Made by a program: the position numbers and the translations under genes. A stretch of DNA of 64,000 nucleotides from Anaerovoracaceae bacterium (lineage in GTDB: Bacteria; Bacillota; Clostridia; Peptostreptococcales; Anaerovoracaceae). Positions 8,518 to 17,885 of the stretch are shown piece by piece; position 1 is the first letter of the stretch; each line of letters starts with the position of its first letter. Location: the NCBI GenBank assembly GCA_051883075.1, contig JBJETA010000005.1, positions 8,126 through 72,125 of the forward strand, in the 5' to 3' direction. Under the pieces are notes generated by a model, which searched no databases, was not told where the DNA came from, and worked only from the letters and a program-made list of their open reading frames with translations.

Positions 8518-9634
8518 GACAGTTTCATCAACATTTGGACACAATATCAAAATAACAATTGCAGGCGGCTCCCACGAACCTGAGATTTCAGTTGTTGCAG
8601 AGGGATTCCCCGCAGATGAAAAAATAGATTTGGACAGACTTCAGACATTTATGTCCAGAAGAGCTCCCGGGAACAGTATTTTTGCAACGCCGCGAAAGGA
8701 AGCGGATGTTCCCGTATTTGAATCGGGATTCCGTGCACCGGAACCGGAGGACAGCAGAATCAGAATTACAGACGGCAGTCCTTTGAAAGCCGTAATCAGA
8801 AACACAAATACCCGCTCTTCGGACTATTCAAATCTCCGGGATATACCCAGACCCGCACATGCAGACTTTACCGCCGCTGCAAGATACGGAAATACGGTAA
8901 ACATGTCGGGCGGCGGTCCGTTTTCCGCAAGAATGACTGCTCCGCTTTGCATTGCAGGCGGTATTGCTCTTCAGATTCTTGAAAGGAAAGGCATTCACAT
9001 AGGCGCCCATATTTATTCTGTTGGCGCTGTAAGAGACATGGCATTTGATCCTGTTTCTACAGAAGCTTCCGGGCTTCAGGCTTTGAAAGAACTTGACTTT
9101 CCTGTTCTCGACCACGACAGGGGCGAAGCCATGAAGCAGGAAATACTTGCTGCTAAGAAGGACGAGGATTCTGTCGGCGGCATCATTGAAGCAATCGTTC
9201 TGGGACTTCCAAAAGGATATGGCGGAGCCATGTATGACGGTATCGAAAGCCGGCTCGCACCTGTTCTCTTCGGTATTCCTGCCGTAAAGGGCATAGAGTT
9301 CGGAAACGGCTTTGCGGCTTCCACGCTTCGCGGCTCAGAAAACAACGATGCATTTATTATAAAAAACGGGGAAATCAGGACCGCCACCAACAACCACGGC
9401 GGTATCCTGGGCGGAATATCTTCAGGGATGCCTGTTATCTGCCGCCTGGCATTTAAGCCTACCCCTTCCATAGGCAGGGAACAGCAGTCTGTAAGCATGA
9501 GCCGTATGGAAGCTGCACCCCTGAAAATCCGGGGCAGGCATGACCCATGTGTTGCAGTCCGTGCAGTTCCTATCGTGGAAGCGGCACTTGCAGTGTGTAT
9601 TCTGGATCTGCTTCTGGAAAATCCGGAGTTTTGA
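8498..9634 (+). CDS. aroC: Chorismate synthase (divergent N-terminal signature)
   Basis: C-terminal signature RGRHDPCVAVRAVPIVEA and PRPAHAD. The N-terminal motif reads GGSHEPEI rather than the usual GESHG. The true start may be TTG 8507, 8 nt after GGAGG. It overlaps the aroA 3' end. Confidence 0.88.
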   Translation: MNILSFKTVSSTFGHNIKITIAGGSHEPEISVVAEGFPADEKIDLDRLQTFMSRRAPGNSIFATPRKEADVPVFESGFRAPEPEDSRIRITDGSPLKAVIRNTNTRSSDYSNLRDIPRPAHADFTAAARYGNTVNMSGGGPFSARMTAPLCIAGGIALQILERKGIHIGAHIYSVGAVRDMAFDPVSTEASGLQALKELDFPVLDHDRGEAMKQEILAAKKDEDSVGGIIEAIVLGLPKGYGGAMYDGIESRLAPVLFGIPAVKGIEFGNGFAASTLRGSENNDAFIIKNGEIRTATNNHGGILGGISSGMPVICRLAFKPTPSIGREQQSVSMSRMEAAPLKIRGRHDPCVAVRAVPIVEAALAVCILDLLLENPEF

Positions 9635-9674
9635 CCATTAAATTTGATAAAATACCTTTAGGAGGCTGACAACT

Positions 9675-10814
9675 ATGTCTTTAAACAATATAAGAGAAGA
9701 AATTGATAATATCGATAAACAGTTAGTTGACCTGTTTGTAAAACGTATGGACATGGCAAAAAAGGTTGCCGAAGAAAAGAAAGCTGCAGGTTCTCCCGTT
9801 TTAAACGTCCAGCGCGAAAGGGAAATTCTTACCAGAGTTTCGGAACAGGCGGGAGAAGAGCTTGACGGTTATGTAAGGCTTCTTTACAACACTATATTTG
9901 ATATAAGCCGTTCCCATCAGAACCGTATCATTCACAAAGACAGTCCCATCAAAGAAAAAATTGAAGCGGCGCTGAAGAATACACCTGCAATGTTTCCCTC
10001 CAAGGCAACCGTTGCATGCCAGGGTGTGGAGGGGGCTTATTCCCAGCTTGCTGCAGAGAAGCTTTTTGCAGTTCCTTCCATTATGTATTTCCAGAACTTT
10101 GAAAGTGTCTTCAATGCAGTAGCAAAAGGTCTTTGCAGATACGGCATCCTTCCTATTGAGAACAGTTCCCACGGTTCTGTCGGAGAAGTATATGATTTAA
10201 TGAAGCATTACAACTTCCATATAGCCAAGTGTATCAAGCTCCGCATATCCCACAAGCTGCTTGCAAAGCCCGGCACAAAGCTTGAGGATATTACTGAAAT
10301 AGTCTCACACGAACAGGCTCTCGGTCAGTGTGCCGACTTTATCAAAAGTCTGAAAGGCGTAAAAATTACCGTATGTGAAAATACGGCGGTTGCAGCTGAA
10401 ACTGTTGCAGCCAGCGGCAGAAACGACATAGCGGCTATATCCTCAGCCGACTGTGCAAGACTTTACGGTCTTTCTGTCATCAGAGATGATATTCAGATAA
10501 GTGACAACAATTACACACGTTTTATCTGTATCTCCAAGGATCTTGAAATATATCCGGGTGCAAACAAAATAAGCCTTATGCTTTCACTTCCTCATCGTCC
10601 TATGTCGCTTTACAATATGCTTGCACGCTTCTCAACACTGGGTCTGAATCTTACAAAGCTTGAATCACGCCCTATCCCGGGAAGCGATTTCGAGTTTATG
10701 TTTTACTTTGATATGGAAGCTTCCGTAGTTTCCTCGGATGTAGTCAGCCTGCTGGGTGAACTTTCAGATCAGCCTGAGTTGTTTGTTTTCCTTGGAAACT
10801 ACATCGAAAACTAA
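9675..10814 (+). CDS. pheA: Bifunctional chorismate mutase / prephenate dehydratase
   Basis: N-terminal CM type-2 helix (IREEIDNIDKQLVDLFVKRM), PDT domain and C-terminal ACT domain. GGAGG RBS present. Confidence 0.9.
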   Translation: MSLNNIREEIDNIDKQLVDLFVKRMDMAKKVAEEKKAAGSPVLNVQREREILTRVSEQAGEELDGYVRLLYNTIFDISRSHQNRIIHKDSPIKEKIEAALKNTPAMFPSKATVACQGVEGAYSQLAAEKLFAVPSIMYFQNFESVFNAVAKGLCRYGILPIENSSHGSVGEVYDLMKHYNFHIAKCIKLRISHKLLAKPGTKLEDITEIVSHEQALGQCADFIKSLKGVKITVCENTAVAAETVAASGRNDIAAISSADCARLYGLSVIRDDIQISDNNYTRFICISKDLEIYPGANKISLMLSLPHRPMSLYNMLARFSTLGLNLTKLESRPIPGSDFEFMFYFDMEASVVSSDVVSLLGELSDQPELFVFLGNYIEN

Positions 10815-10848
10815 TTCGGACAAAATGCCGGAAAAGAAAGGACTTTAT

Positions 10849-11640
10849 ATGGAATACGGTTTAATAGGAGAAAAGCTCGGTCACAGCTACTCAAAAATAA
10901 TACACGAAAAGCTGGGTGCCTATGCCTACGATTTAAAGCCTCTTGCCAAAGACGAGCTGGAGGCCTTCATGCAGGCACGGGACTTTAAAGGTCTGAATGT
11001 GACCATTCCCTATAAGCAGGCAGTTATACCCTTCTGTGACGAGGTTTCCGGACTGGCAAGGGAAATAGGTGCGGTAAATACTCTTTACTTCAACGAAAAA
11101 GGAAGACTGTGCGGTACAAATACGGATTATCTCGGATTTCTGTATGCCATGGACGAAGCAGGCATATCTGTTGCAGATAAAACAGTAGTAATACTGGGCG
11201 ACGGAGCGACCCACAAAACCATAAAAAAGGCTGTTTCGGACAGAGGCGCCAAAGAAATCATAGTTGCCTCACGCAAAGCGGATTCACCGCAGAAGCTTGA
11301 TACTTGCACAAAAGTCAATTACAGGGACCTGCCGGATTATGCCTACGCTGAAATCGTAATAAATTCAACTCCTGTGGGCATGTATCCCAACACGGAGGGT
11401 TGCCCTGCGGATCTGAGCATGTTTACCGAATGTCAGGGAGTCTTTGATGTGATATACAACCCTTATCACACCAACTTTATCCGTCAGGCAATAGCCCTTG
11501 ATATCCCTTTTGCAAGCGGTCTTTCCATGCTTGTTGCCCAGGCAACCGCAGCCGCAGGTTTTTTCACAGGTAGCGGAAATTTTTACGAAAAAGAAAATAA
11601 ACGCATAATTTCAGAATTGAAATCAGCGTTTACAAAATAA
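10849..11640 (+). CDS. aroE: Shikimate dehydrogenase
   Basis: YGLIGEKLGHSYS, GLNVTIPYK, NTDYLGF, and a GDGAT Rossmann variant. The start is set at ATG 10849 (RBS AAAGGA). The ORF track's 10756 start overlaps pheA, and ATG 10825 is an alternative. Confidence 0.85.
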   Translation: MEYGLIGEKLGHSYSKIIHEKLGAYAYDLKPLAKDELEAFMQARDFKGLNVTIPYKQAVIPFCDEVSGLAREIGAVNTLYFNEKGRLCGTNTDYLGFLYAMDEAGISVADKTVVILGDGATHKTIKKAVSDRGAKEIIVASRKADSPQKLDTCTKVNYRDLPDYAYAEIVINSTPVGMYPNTEGCPADLSMFTECQGVFDVIYNPYHTNFIRQAIALDIPFASGLSMLVAQATAAAGFFTGSGNFYEKENKRIISELKSAFTK

Positions 11641-11641
11641 A

Positions 11642-12451
11642 CTAAACATTTATGTTTTTATGAATTTCATACAAAAGATTGCTCAAAGCTTTGGCTTCGA
11701 TTTGTCCCGGAGCCGAAGCTTTTTTTACTGCGCCGAAAGTCATGGCAGACCCGAAGATTTCCCCCGCTACACGGCTTATCATCCCATCTTTGCCCATAGA
11801 CATAGTTATAATCGGTCTGTCCGCAAAATCCTCCGACATTTCCAGCGTTGCCTCAAGCAGTGTCAGCATATCTCGCTTGCTTGCAGGCATTACGGCAAGC
11901 TTAGGCATATCAGCGTCCAGCTCCTGCATCCTCCTGAGAATGTCCACCATTTCCTCCTTCGCAGGAGTTTCATGGAAATGATGGTTTGAGCCTATTACAG
12001 CCACATCTCTGCTGTGTGCATATTCAACAAGCGATGCTGTAATGTCCCTGTCCATAAACACTTCCACATCTATGAAATCAGCCATACCTGTATCTATGAC
12101 CGCTTTATTCAAAGCTTCATATTCCTTTCCCGTAATGTCTCCCTCTCCGCCTTCCTTCCTTGTCCTGAAGGTGAAAAGCAGAACAGTGTCACCCAATATA
12201 CTGCGCAGCTCTGTCAGAACCGATTTTACACGCTCCGGTTCGCAGGCACAGTCGTACCAGTCAGCACGCCATTCTATAACATCAGCAAGTCTGCCGACAC
12301 ATTCGTCATCATACTCACGTTCTTCCTCCCACATGCCGCATACCGTTCTTGCCTGTGCGAAAATCTCTTCGTCTGTCCTCCCAAAAACAGGAATGCACAA
12401 CTTTGGTTTTCCCTCACCGAATACTATGTTTCTGCACTTAAGAGTGTTCAT
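11642..12451 (-). CDS. aroD: 3-dehydroquinate dehydratase, type I
   Basis: Type I DHQase features: catalytic His in SNHHF, Schiff-base Lys in PKLAVMP, and SMG motif. Its stop codon is 1 nt from the aroE stop. Confidence 0.9.
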   Translation of the reverse strand: MNTLKCRNIVFGEGKPKLCIPVFGRTDEEIFAQARTVCGMWEEEREYDDECVGRLADVIEWRADWYDCACEPERVKSVLTELRSILGDTVLLFTFRTRKEGGEGDITGKEYEALNKAVIDTGMADFIDVEVFMDRDITASLVEYAHSRDVAVIGSNHHFHETPAKEEMVDILRRMQELDADMPKLAVMPASKRDMLTLLEATLEMSEDFADRPIITMSMGKDGMISRVAGEIFGSAMTFGAVKKASAPGQIEAKALSNLLYEIHKNINV

Positions 12452-12966
12452 TATCTTATCCCTGCCTTTTCCAAAAGCTCTTTACATATGCTTTCAATAT
12501 CCTTATTGTCCGTTTCAATCTCTATATTTGCCGCCGCATGATAATGTCCGCTTCTTTTTTCCATAAGCTGAGATATAAACTCAACATTCATGTTTCCGTT
12601 CAGAATCGGACGCTTATCATCATCCTTTACTCTTTCATAAACTGTTTCGGCTGCCGCGGTAAGAAGTACCACATCCCCGCACTCTGACATAATCCTCCGG
12701 TTTTCTTCCCTCATAGGCAGCCCGCCTCCGCAGGAAACAATACAGGGTTTTTCCGCGCATATTTTTTTCAGTACACCTGTTTCAAAGTTTCTGAAATACT
12801 CTTCCCCGAAGCTGTCAAACATACGGGAAATCTCCATGCCCGCCTCTTCAACTATTCTTTCATCTGTATCAACAAGCGGTTCGCCTGTCATCGATGCCAG
12901 TTTCTTTGACACAGCAGTCTTGCCCGCCCCCATAAAGCCTATTAAAAAAATGTGTTTCTGAAGCAT
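12451..12966 (-). CDS. aroK: Shikimate kinase
   Basis: Walker A GFMGAGKT, about 170 aa. It overlaps the aroD start by 1 nt. Confidence 0.9.
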   Translation of the reverse strand: MLQKHIFLIGFMGAGKTAVSKKLASMTGEPLVDTDERIVEEAGMEISRMFDSFGEEYFRNFETGVLKKICAEKPCIVSCGGGLPMREENRRIMSECGDVVLLTAAAETVYERVKDDDKRPILNGNMNVEFISQLMEKRSGHYHAAANIEIETDNKDIESICKELLEKAGIR

Positions 12967-13029
12967 GTTTCTTTCCCCGTTCCGTAATTTTTCGTTTTGT
13001 ATTATTGTATCATAAAACTATCCCGCGTC

Positions 13030-13058
13030 TTGAACCTTTTTTATGAAAAATATATAAT
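13030..13058 (+). promoter_or_regulatory. Sigma-A type promoter for ridA
   Basis: -35 TTGAAC (13030-13035), 17-nt spacer, -10 TATAAT (13053-13058). Confidence 0.45.
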
Positions 13059-13110
13059 TAGTTTAGAAAATAATCATCAAAGCAAAATACGAATTTAAGG
13101 AGGATATATC

Positions 13111-13491
13111 ATGCGTAAAATTGTTTCAACCGCTGCAGCTCCTGCAGCTATCGGACCTTACTCACAGGCAAATATCTTTGGAAACCTTCTTTTCACATCG
13201 GGACAGGTTCCTCTTGACCCTGCTACGGGTGAAATCGTCGGCACAACTATTGAGGAACAGACAGAACAGGTTTTTAAAAACATTCAGGCAATCCTTGAGG
13301 AAGCCGGCTCTTCTTTTGACAAGGTTCTGAAAACTACTGTATTTATGAAAAATATGAACGATTTTGCAAAGATGAACGGGGTTTATGCAAAATATTTCAA
13401 GGAAGGCTCTTATCCTTCCCGCTCGGCTGTACAGGTTGCCAAGCTGCCAAAGGATGTTATGGTAGAAATTGAAACTATTGCTTATCTGTAA
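13111..13491 (+). CDS. ridA: RidA family reactive enamine/imine deaminase (YjgF/TdcF)
   Basis: 126 aa with the typical AAPAAIGPYSQA N-terminus and a C-terminal PSRSAVQVAKLP...VEIE. Confidence 0.9.
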   Translation: MRKIVSTAAAPAAIGPYSQANIFGNLLFTSGQVPLDPATGEIVGTTIEEQTEQVFKNIQAILEEAGSSFDKVLKTTVFMKNMNDFAKMNGVYAKYFKEGSYPSRSAVQVAKLPKDVMVEIETIAYL

Positions 13492-13508
13492 GCTGTAAAA
13501 TCAGATAT

Positions 13509-13553
13509 GGGGCTGTTACATTAACAAATTTTATTTGCTAATGTAACAGCCCC
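13509..13553. terminator. Bidirectional hairpin between ridA and ybaK
   Basis: Perfect 15-bp inverted repeat GGGGCTGTTACATTA (13509-13523) / TAATGTAACAGCCCC (13539-13553) between convergent genes. The U-tracts are weak. Confidence 0.65.
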
Positions 13554-13570
13554 ATGTGACCTTATTAGTT

Positions 13571-14062
13571 TTATGCCTCAACACTCAGATCCGCCAGTTC
13601 AGCATTCGCCACCCGCAGCAGGTCATTTACGGAAAGCTCCATCTGTAGTCCAACCTTTCCCGCACTTACAATTATCTTCTCTATTGTTCCTGCTGAACTG
13701 TCTATTGCTGTTTTAAACTGTTTTTTCATGCCTATCGGTGAACATCCTCCATGAATATATCCTGTTGTGGGCAGAAGTGTTTTCATTGGAATCATTTCAA
13801 TTTTCTTCTCGCCGAAATGCTTTGCAGCTTTCTTTAAATCCAGTTCTTCGGCAACAGGTATAACGCATACATAATATTCTTTGCTGCTTCCCTGGGTAAC
13901 AAGTGTTTTAAAAACTCTTTCTACCTCCTGTCCTGTTTTTTTCGCCACTGAGACTCCGTCAAGAAGGCCGTCTGACACATCATATTCATAGACATTGTGT
14001 TCTATCTTCTCTGCATCAAGCCGGCGGAGAGCATTTGTCTTTACTTTCGCCTGTTTCGCCAT
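13571..14062 (-). CDS. ybaK: Cys-tRNA(Pro)/Cys-tRNA(Cys) deacylase YbaK
   Basis: YbaK/EbsC-type trans-editing domain of about 160 aa with a GGCSPIG motif. Confidence 0.85.
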   Translation of the reverse strand: MAKQAKVKTNALRRLDAEKIEHNVYEYDVSDGLLDGVSVAKKTGQEVERVFKTLVTQGSSKEYYVCVIPVAEELDLKKAAKHFGEKKIEMIPMKTLLPTTGYIHGGCSPIGMKKQFKTAIDSSAGTIEKIIVSAGKVGLQMELSVNDLLRVANAELADLSVEA

Positions 14063-15346
14063 TTATAAAACTTCCTTTCTCTGGCTTCTGTATCTGTTTA
14101 CAACCCAGATTTCATCTCCCGTAACGGAGTTTTCAAGCTTTACCCTCTTCAACTCTACTTCAAGGTTCAGCTTTTTGGCTTTGTCCCTGCTCTGGCACTT
14201 TGCATAATAAATGCGTATGCCCGGCTCCTCACTTATCTTTCCTGTTTCAACAACATCTATTCCTGCCAGTTCTTTTGCTATAAACGACTGAAATACCTTA
14301 TCAACATCAAAGTCAGCCTTATGCTGTCCTATATATATTTCCCTTGCATAACGCTCACTGAACTTTTCATCATTGTTGAACTCTATCCACTCTATGTCAC
14401 CGTCAACATAACCGTCCGGTGCTTCAAAAGGTCGTTCATCAAAGCCGTCCGTAATCCAGATTTCCGTTATGACACCGTTCTTCGCAAAAAATGCTATATA
14501 TCTGCAGCTGCCGTCATCAGGTATGTATCCATAGCAGTTTCCGGCTCCTTTAAAATCTTCCACATATGCCAGATCTCCCGGATACCTGGTTTTTAATTCC
14601 TGTACCTTGCTTCCCACATGGATTCCCCTGTTTGTTTCCGCTACAGGGCTTGTACTTTTTATCCAATAGATAAGCTCCCTTTTTCTTTCAAACTGTACCC
14701 ATGTGGAAATCTTAAGCTGCAATCCCTCCCATGTATCTGTATACTCGGCGGTTGCCCCAAATATTCCCTGAGTATGCTCTCTTGTCTGGACCGCCTGCTC
14801 AAAAGGAGCTCCGCCTTTTAAGTTATCCCACAGTCTTATCCGCTGATTGTCAATTCTTATTGAAAATTCATCATCGACAGGCCATTCATGGAAGTTCGCA
14901 TAACGTTCACTTATATATCCCTTATATCCTTTATATGCCAGCTCCCTGTCTTCCACAAAAGATACCTCAAAGACTTCGCTGTCCTTTCTGAAAAACAGAA
15001 GTATAGGAGTTCCTTTCATGCCTGCCTGTGCCATAAGCTCCGTTGAGTTAAGCACAACACCCTTCGAGTTCGTTACTGCCTTTTCAGGCTCTATACGGTA
15101 ATCAAAGCTGTAAAACTCAAACTGTCCGTCGTCAAAAGGGACTTCTATAAGCAGCTTGAATCTTTTCAGCTCTACTTCCTTCAGCTTCAGGTTCAGCTTA
15201 GCCAGAATCAGTTCGCAGTATTCCTTAAAGCGTTCCTCCAACCCTTCGGGCAACGTTTTTTTCTCAATCGGTGTCCTTGTTCTTAAGCTTAAAAATACAA
15301 TTACAATAAATATAATGCAAAGTATTAATATAAGCGTTTCTTTCAT
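14063..15346 (-). CDS. Uncharacterised membrane-anchored protein, paralogue B of a tandem pair
   Basis: N-terminal hydrophobic anchor (LILILCIIFIVIVFLSL). Collinear similarity to the upstream ORF along its whole length. The start is set at ATG 15346 (RBS GAAGGGG). The stop abuts the ybaK ATG. Confidence 0.7.
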   Translation of the reverse strand: MKETLILILCIIFIVIVFLSLRTRTPIEKKTLPEGLEERFKEYCELILAKLNLKLKEVELKRFKLLIEVPFDDGQFEFYSFDYRIEPEKAVTNSKGVVLNSTELMAQAGMKGTPILLFFRKDSEVFEVSFVEDRELAYKGYKGYISERYANFHEWPVDDEFSIRIDNQRIRLWDNLKGGAPFEQAVQTREHTQGIFGATAEYTDTWEGLQLKISTWVQFERKRELIYWIKSTSPVAETNRGIHVGSKVQELKTRYPGDLAYVEDFKGAGNCYGYIPDDGSCRYIAFFAKNGVITEIWITDGFDERPFEAPDGYVDGDIEWIEFNNDEKFSERYAREIYIGQHKADFDVDKVFQSFIAKELAGIDVVETGKISEEPGIRIYYAKCQSRDKAKKLNLEVELKRVKLENSVTGDEIWVVNRYRSQRKEVL

Positions 15347-15348
15347 GT

Positions 15349-16674
15349 CTAGCCCCTTCTTTCCTGTTTTCTGTAATGTGATACAACCCAAATATCAGTC
15401 GCACTTGTAAATGTCTCTATGCTGATTTTCTTCATTCTTATTTCCGCAAAAATCTTCTCACCTTCCTGCGAACCCCTGCAAATCAGATAATATTTACATT
15501 CCCGGCCGCCTTCATACTCCTTCCATAAGCCTTTTTCCAGAACTGAGCCCGGTTCAAAGTTGTTCATGACAAAAGTATTGAATACCTGCCTTACATCCGC
15601 TTCCATTTTATGCTGTCCAAGATAAAGCTCTCTGCCAAACTTTTCCGTCAGCTTTTCCGAATAGTCTACCTCTATCCAAGGAATATCCTGATCTACATAG
15701 CCGTCCTTCGGGATAAATATCCTGCCGTCAAAGCCGTCTGTAATAAGGATTTCAGTAATAATTTCATTTTCAGCCTTAAAGGCAATATACCTGTTTGTAT
15801 CATCATTCGGGATATAACCGTATGCAGGGCCTTCGCCCTGAAAATCATCAAGATACGCTATGTCATTACCGTAAGCTTCTTTTATATGCTCAACTGTGCT
15901 TCCCACTCTGATTCCCGCAGGAGTTTCAGCCTTATATGTTTTGCAGCGGATACTGAAAACCAGCTCCTTCTTTCTTTCAAACTGTATCCACGTCTTTATT
16001 TCAATATCATCATCCTCATATACATCTACATACTGTGCGTAATATGCGAATTCTTCTTTTGCCTTAGTTCTTGTTTTTGGTATATCAAACAGTTCCTTTT
16101 CCGCAAGGTTATCCCAGAGTGCCACTTCACAGCCGTTTATTTTTACCTCATATCCGGGCATAGGCCATCTTTCTGCCGCATCCTTATATCTTTTCTCGAC
16201 ATAAGCCTTATACCCCTGCATTTTTGCCCGCTGACCCGGTATAAAAGAAATTTCATAGCATTCCGGCTCTTCTCCATTTTCTTCACGGAAATAAAGCACA
16301 ATAATATCGTCCTTTATGCCTGCCTTGCTTAAAAGTTCTCTGGTGTTCAGAATAAGACCCTGTGTTTCTCCTTCCTCTTCCGTGTTTTCAATAGCGGGTT
16401 CAAGCAGGAGATCCAGCAGTGCATAGACAAAGCAGCCGTTCTGATGCGGAATCTCCTCAATTTTATGCATGGCAGTAATCCTTGCTGTTTTCAGCAGTAT
16501 GCCTTTCTCCGCCATTATCTCTGTAATATAGGATTTAAACGCCTTTTGTATCTCTTCCGGTATTCTTTTGTCATTAACGGCACTTTTTCTATTAGAACCG
16601 CCCGATTTGGAAGCTGCATAAAAGCATACTCCTATCAGGCTTATACAGCCGCATAAAAGAAACATATGCATCAT
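15349..16674 (-). CDS. Uncharacterised membrane-anchored protein, paralogue A of a tandem pair
   Basis: N-terminal anchor (FLLCGCISLIGVCFYAA). Shared blocks with paralogue B include W(V/I)QFERK(R/K)EL, YGYIP(D/N)D, RYIAF, ITDGFD, DGYVD and IWVV. Confidence 0.7.
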   Translation of the reverse strand: MMHMFLLCGCISLIGVCFYAASKSGGSNRKSAVNDKRIPEEIQKAFKSYITEIMAEKGILLKTARITAMHKIEEIPHQNGCFVYALLDLLLEPAIENTEEEGETQGLILNTRELLSKAGIKDDIIVLYFREENGEEPECYEISFIPGQRAKMQGYKAYVEKRYKDAAERWPMPGYEVKINGCEVALWDNLAEKELFDIPKTRTKAKEEFAYYAQYVDVYEDDDIEIKTWIQFERKKELVFSIRCKTYKAETPAGIRVGSTVEHIKEAYGNDIAYLDDFQGEGPAYGYIPNDDTNRYIAFKAENEIITEILITDGFDGRIFIPKDGYVDQDIPWIEVDYSEKLTEKFGRELYLGQHKMEADVRQVFNTFVMNNFEPGSVLEKGLWKEYEGGRECKYYLICRGSQEGEKIFAEIRMKKISIETFTSATDIWVVSHYRKQERRG

Positions 16675-16698
16675 AATGAACTCCTTGCCGTCTGTCCT

Positions 16699-17325
16699 TT
16701 ACTGTAGTATTAAATAGACCTTAATAAATTCGAATTCTTTTGAACTGGTAATGCCCATTACTTTAAACCCCTTTTCCTGAAAAAAAGAAACCTCCGCTGT
16801 ATCTGTTACGCATACCGCCAGAGGCAGCCCCTTCTGTCTGCTGTACGCAATAACACAGTCAAGCATTGCAGAGCTTTTTTCTTTTTTCTTCGTTTCCTGC
16901 CTCACTCCCATAAAGCTTATATAAAGATATTTTTCAGGAAAAGTCAGTTCTGCCTCCATTTTCGACATTTCAGCTGAAATACGGGATTTTTTGTCTTTCT
17001 CTTCTTTTGAAAGCTCTCTTTCGGGATTTTTAAACCACCTGAATATCCCCTCTTTAAAAATCCTTCTGAGAAAAGCTGAATTTCTGTATCCTGAGGAAAT
17101 AACAACTATGATTTCCCCTCCGAAACGGTCAAGACTGTAGGCCCCTCCGAATTTTACAGCAAAAGGAAGCTCTTCTTCCAGCACTGCTGCCGCAACAGCT
17201 TTTCTCCTTTCCTCAGACGGAAATGCCGCTGCAAACTCTTTCCAGGGCAGGCCGGCCTTTGAAAGAATTCTTCTCACCCTGCCCGTATCGTTTATTTTCA
17301 CCAGTCCTTTTATTTTTGGAAGCAT
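16699..17325 (-). CDS. Hypothetical protein, possibly GNAT-like acetyltransferase
   Basis: The C-terminal segment (QKGLPLAV...FFQEKGFKV) resembles the GNAT acetyl-CoA site and C-terminal strand. The rest is not recognisable. Confidence 0.4.
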   Translation of the reverse strand: MLPKIKGLVKINDTGRVRRILSKAGLPWKEFAAAFPSEERRKAVAAAVLEEELPFAVKFGGAYSLDRFGGEIIVVISSGYRNSAFLRRIFKEGIFRWFKNPERELSKEEKDKKSRISAEMSKMEAELTFPEKYLYISFMGVRQETKKKEKSSAMLDCVIAYSRQKGLPLAVCVTDTAEVSFFQEKGFKVMGITSSKEFEFIKVYLILQ

Positions 17326-17329
17326 GATA

Positions 17330-17866
17330 TTACCTTTGGTTTTCCCACTCTTCTTTCAGCATAGAATAAACTCTTGAGTCTCTTGCTGTTCCATCGTAAA
17401 TTTTATAGCATCGCCTTGTAACGCCTTCAAATTTAAAGCCGCATTTTTCAATCACTCTTGCCGATCTTTCATTTACAAGGCTCGTGCATATGGCTATTAC
17501 TTCGAGTCCCAGCTCTTCAAAACCATATTTTATGACCGCTTTTGCGGCTTCTGTCATATAACCGCAGCCCCAAAACTCTTCGCTGAGGGAATATCCGATT
17601 TCCCTGCTGGGGATATCAGGTCTTCTTTTATCAGGTTCAAGAGCAATCACGCCTATCAGCCTGCCTGTTTCCTTATGGATGATGGCAAAGCTTTCATTTG
17701 GCAGAAATATTTCTTCGATAATTTTTTCTGTTTCCTCAACGCTTTCATGAGGCTTCCACCCCGCATGAGGTCCTACATTGTCGCTCTTCGCATATTCATA
17801 AAACTCTTCCGCATCGCTTTTGGCAAGCGGGCGGAGCAGAAGTCTTCCTGTTTCTATTCTTGCCAT
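17330..17866 (-). CDS. GNAT family N-acetyltransferase (RimJ/RimL-like)
   Basis: Typical N-terminus IETGRLLLRPL...DAEEFYEY, and a GYS...WGCGYMTEAAKAVIKYGF motif. Confidence 0.85.
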   Translation of the reverse strand: MARIETGRLLLRPLAKSDAEEFYEYAKSDNVGPHAGWKPHESVEETEKIIEEIFLPNESFAIIHKETGRLIGVIALEPDKRRPDIPSREIGYSLSEEFWGCGYMTEAAKAVIKYGFEELGLEVIAICTSLVNERSARVIEKCGFKFEGVTRRCYKIYDGTARDSRVYSMLKEEWENQR

Positions 17867-17885
17867 AATATCACCTCCGGGCAGC

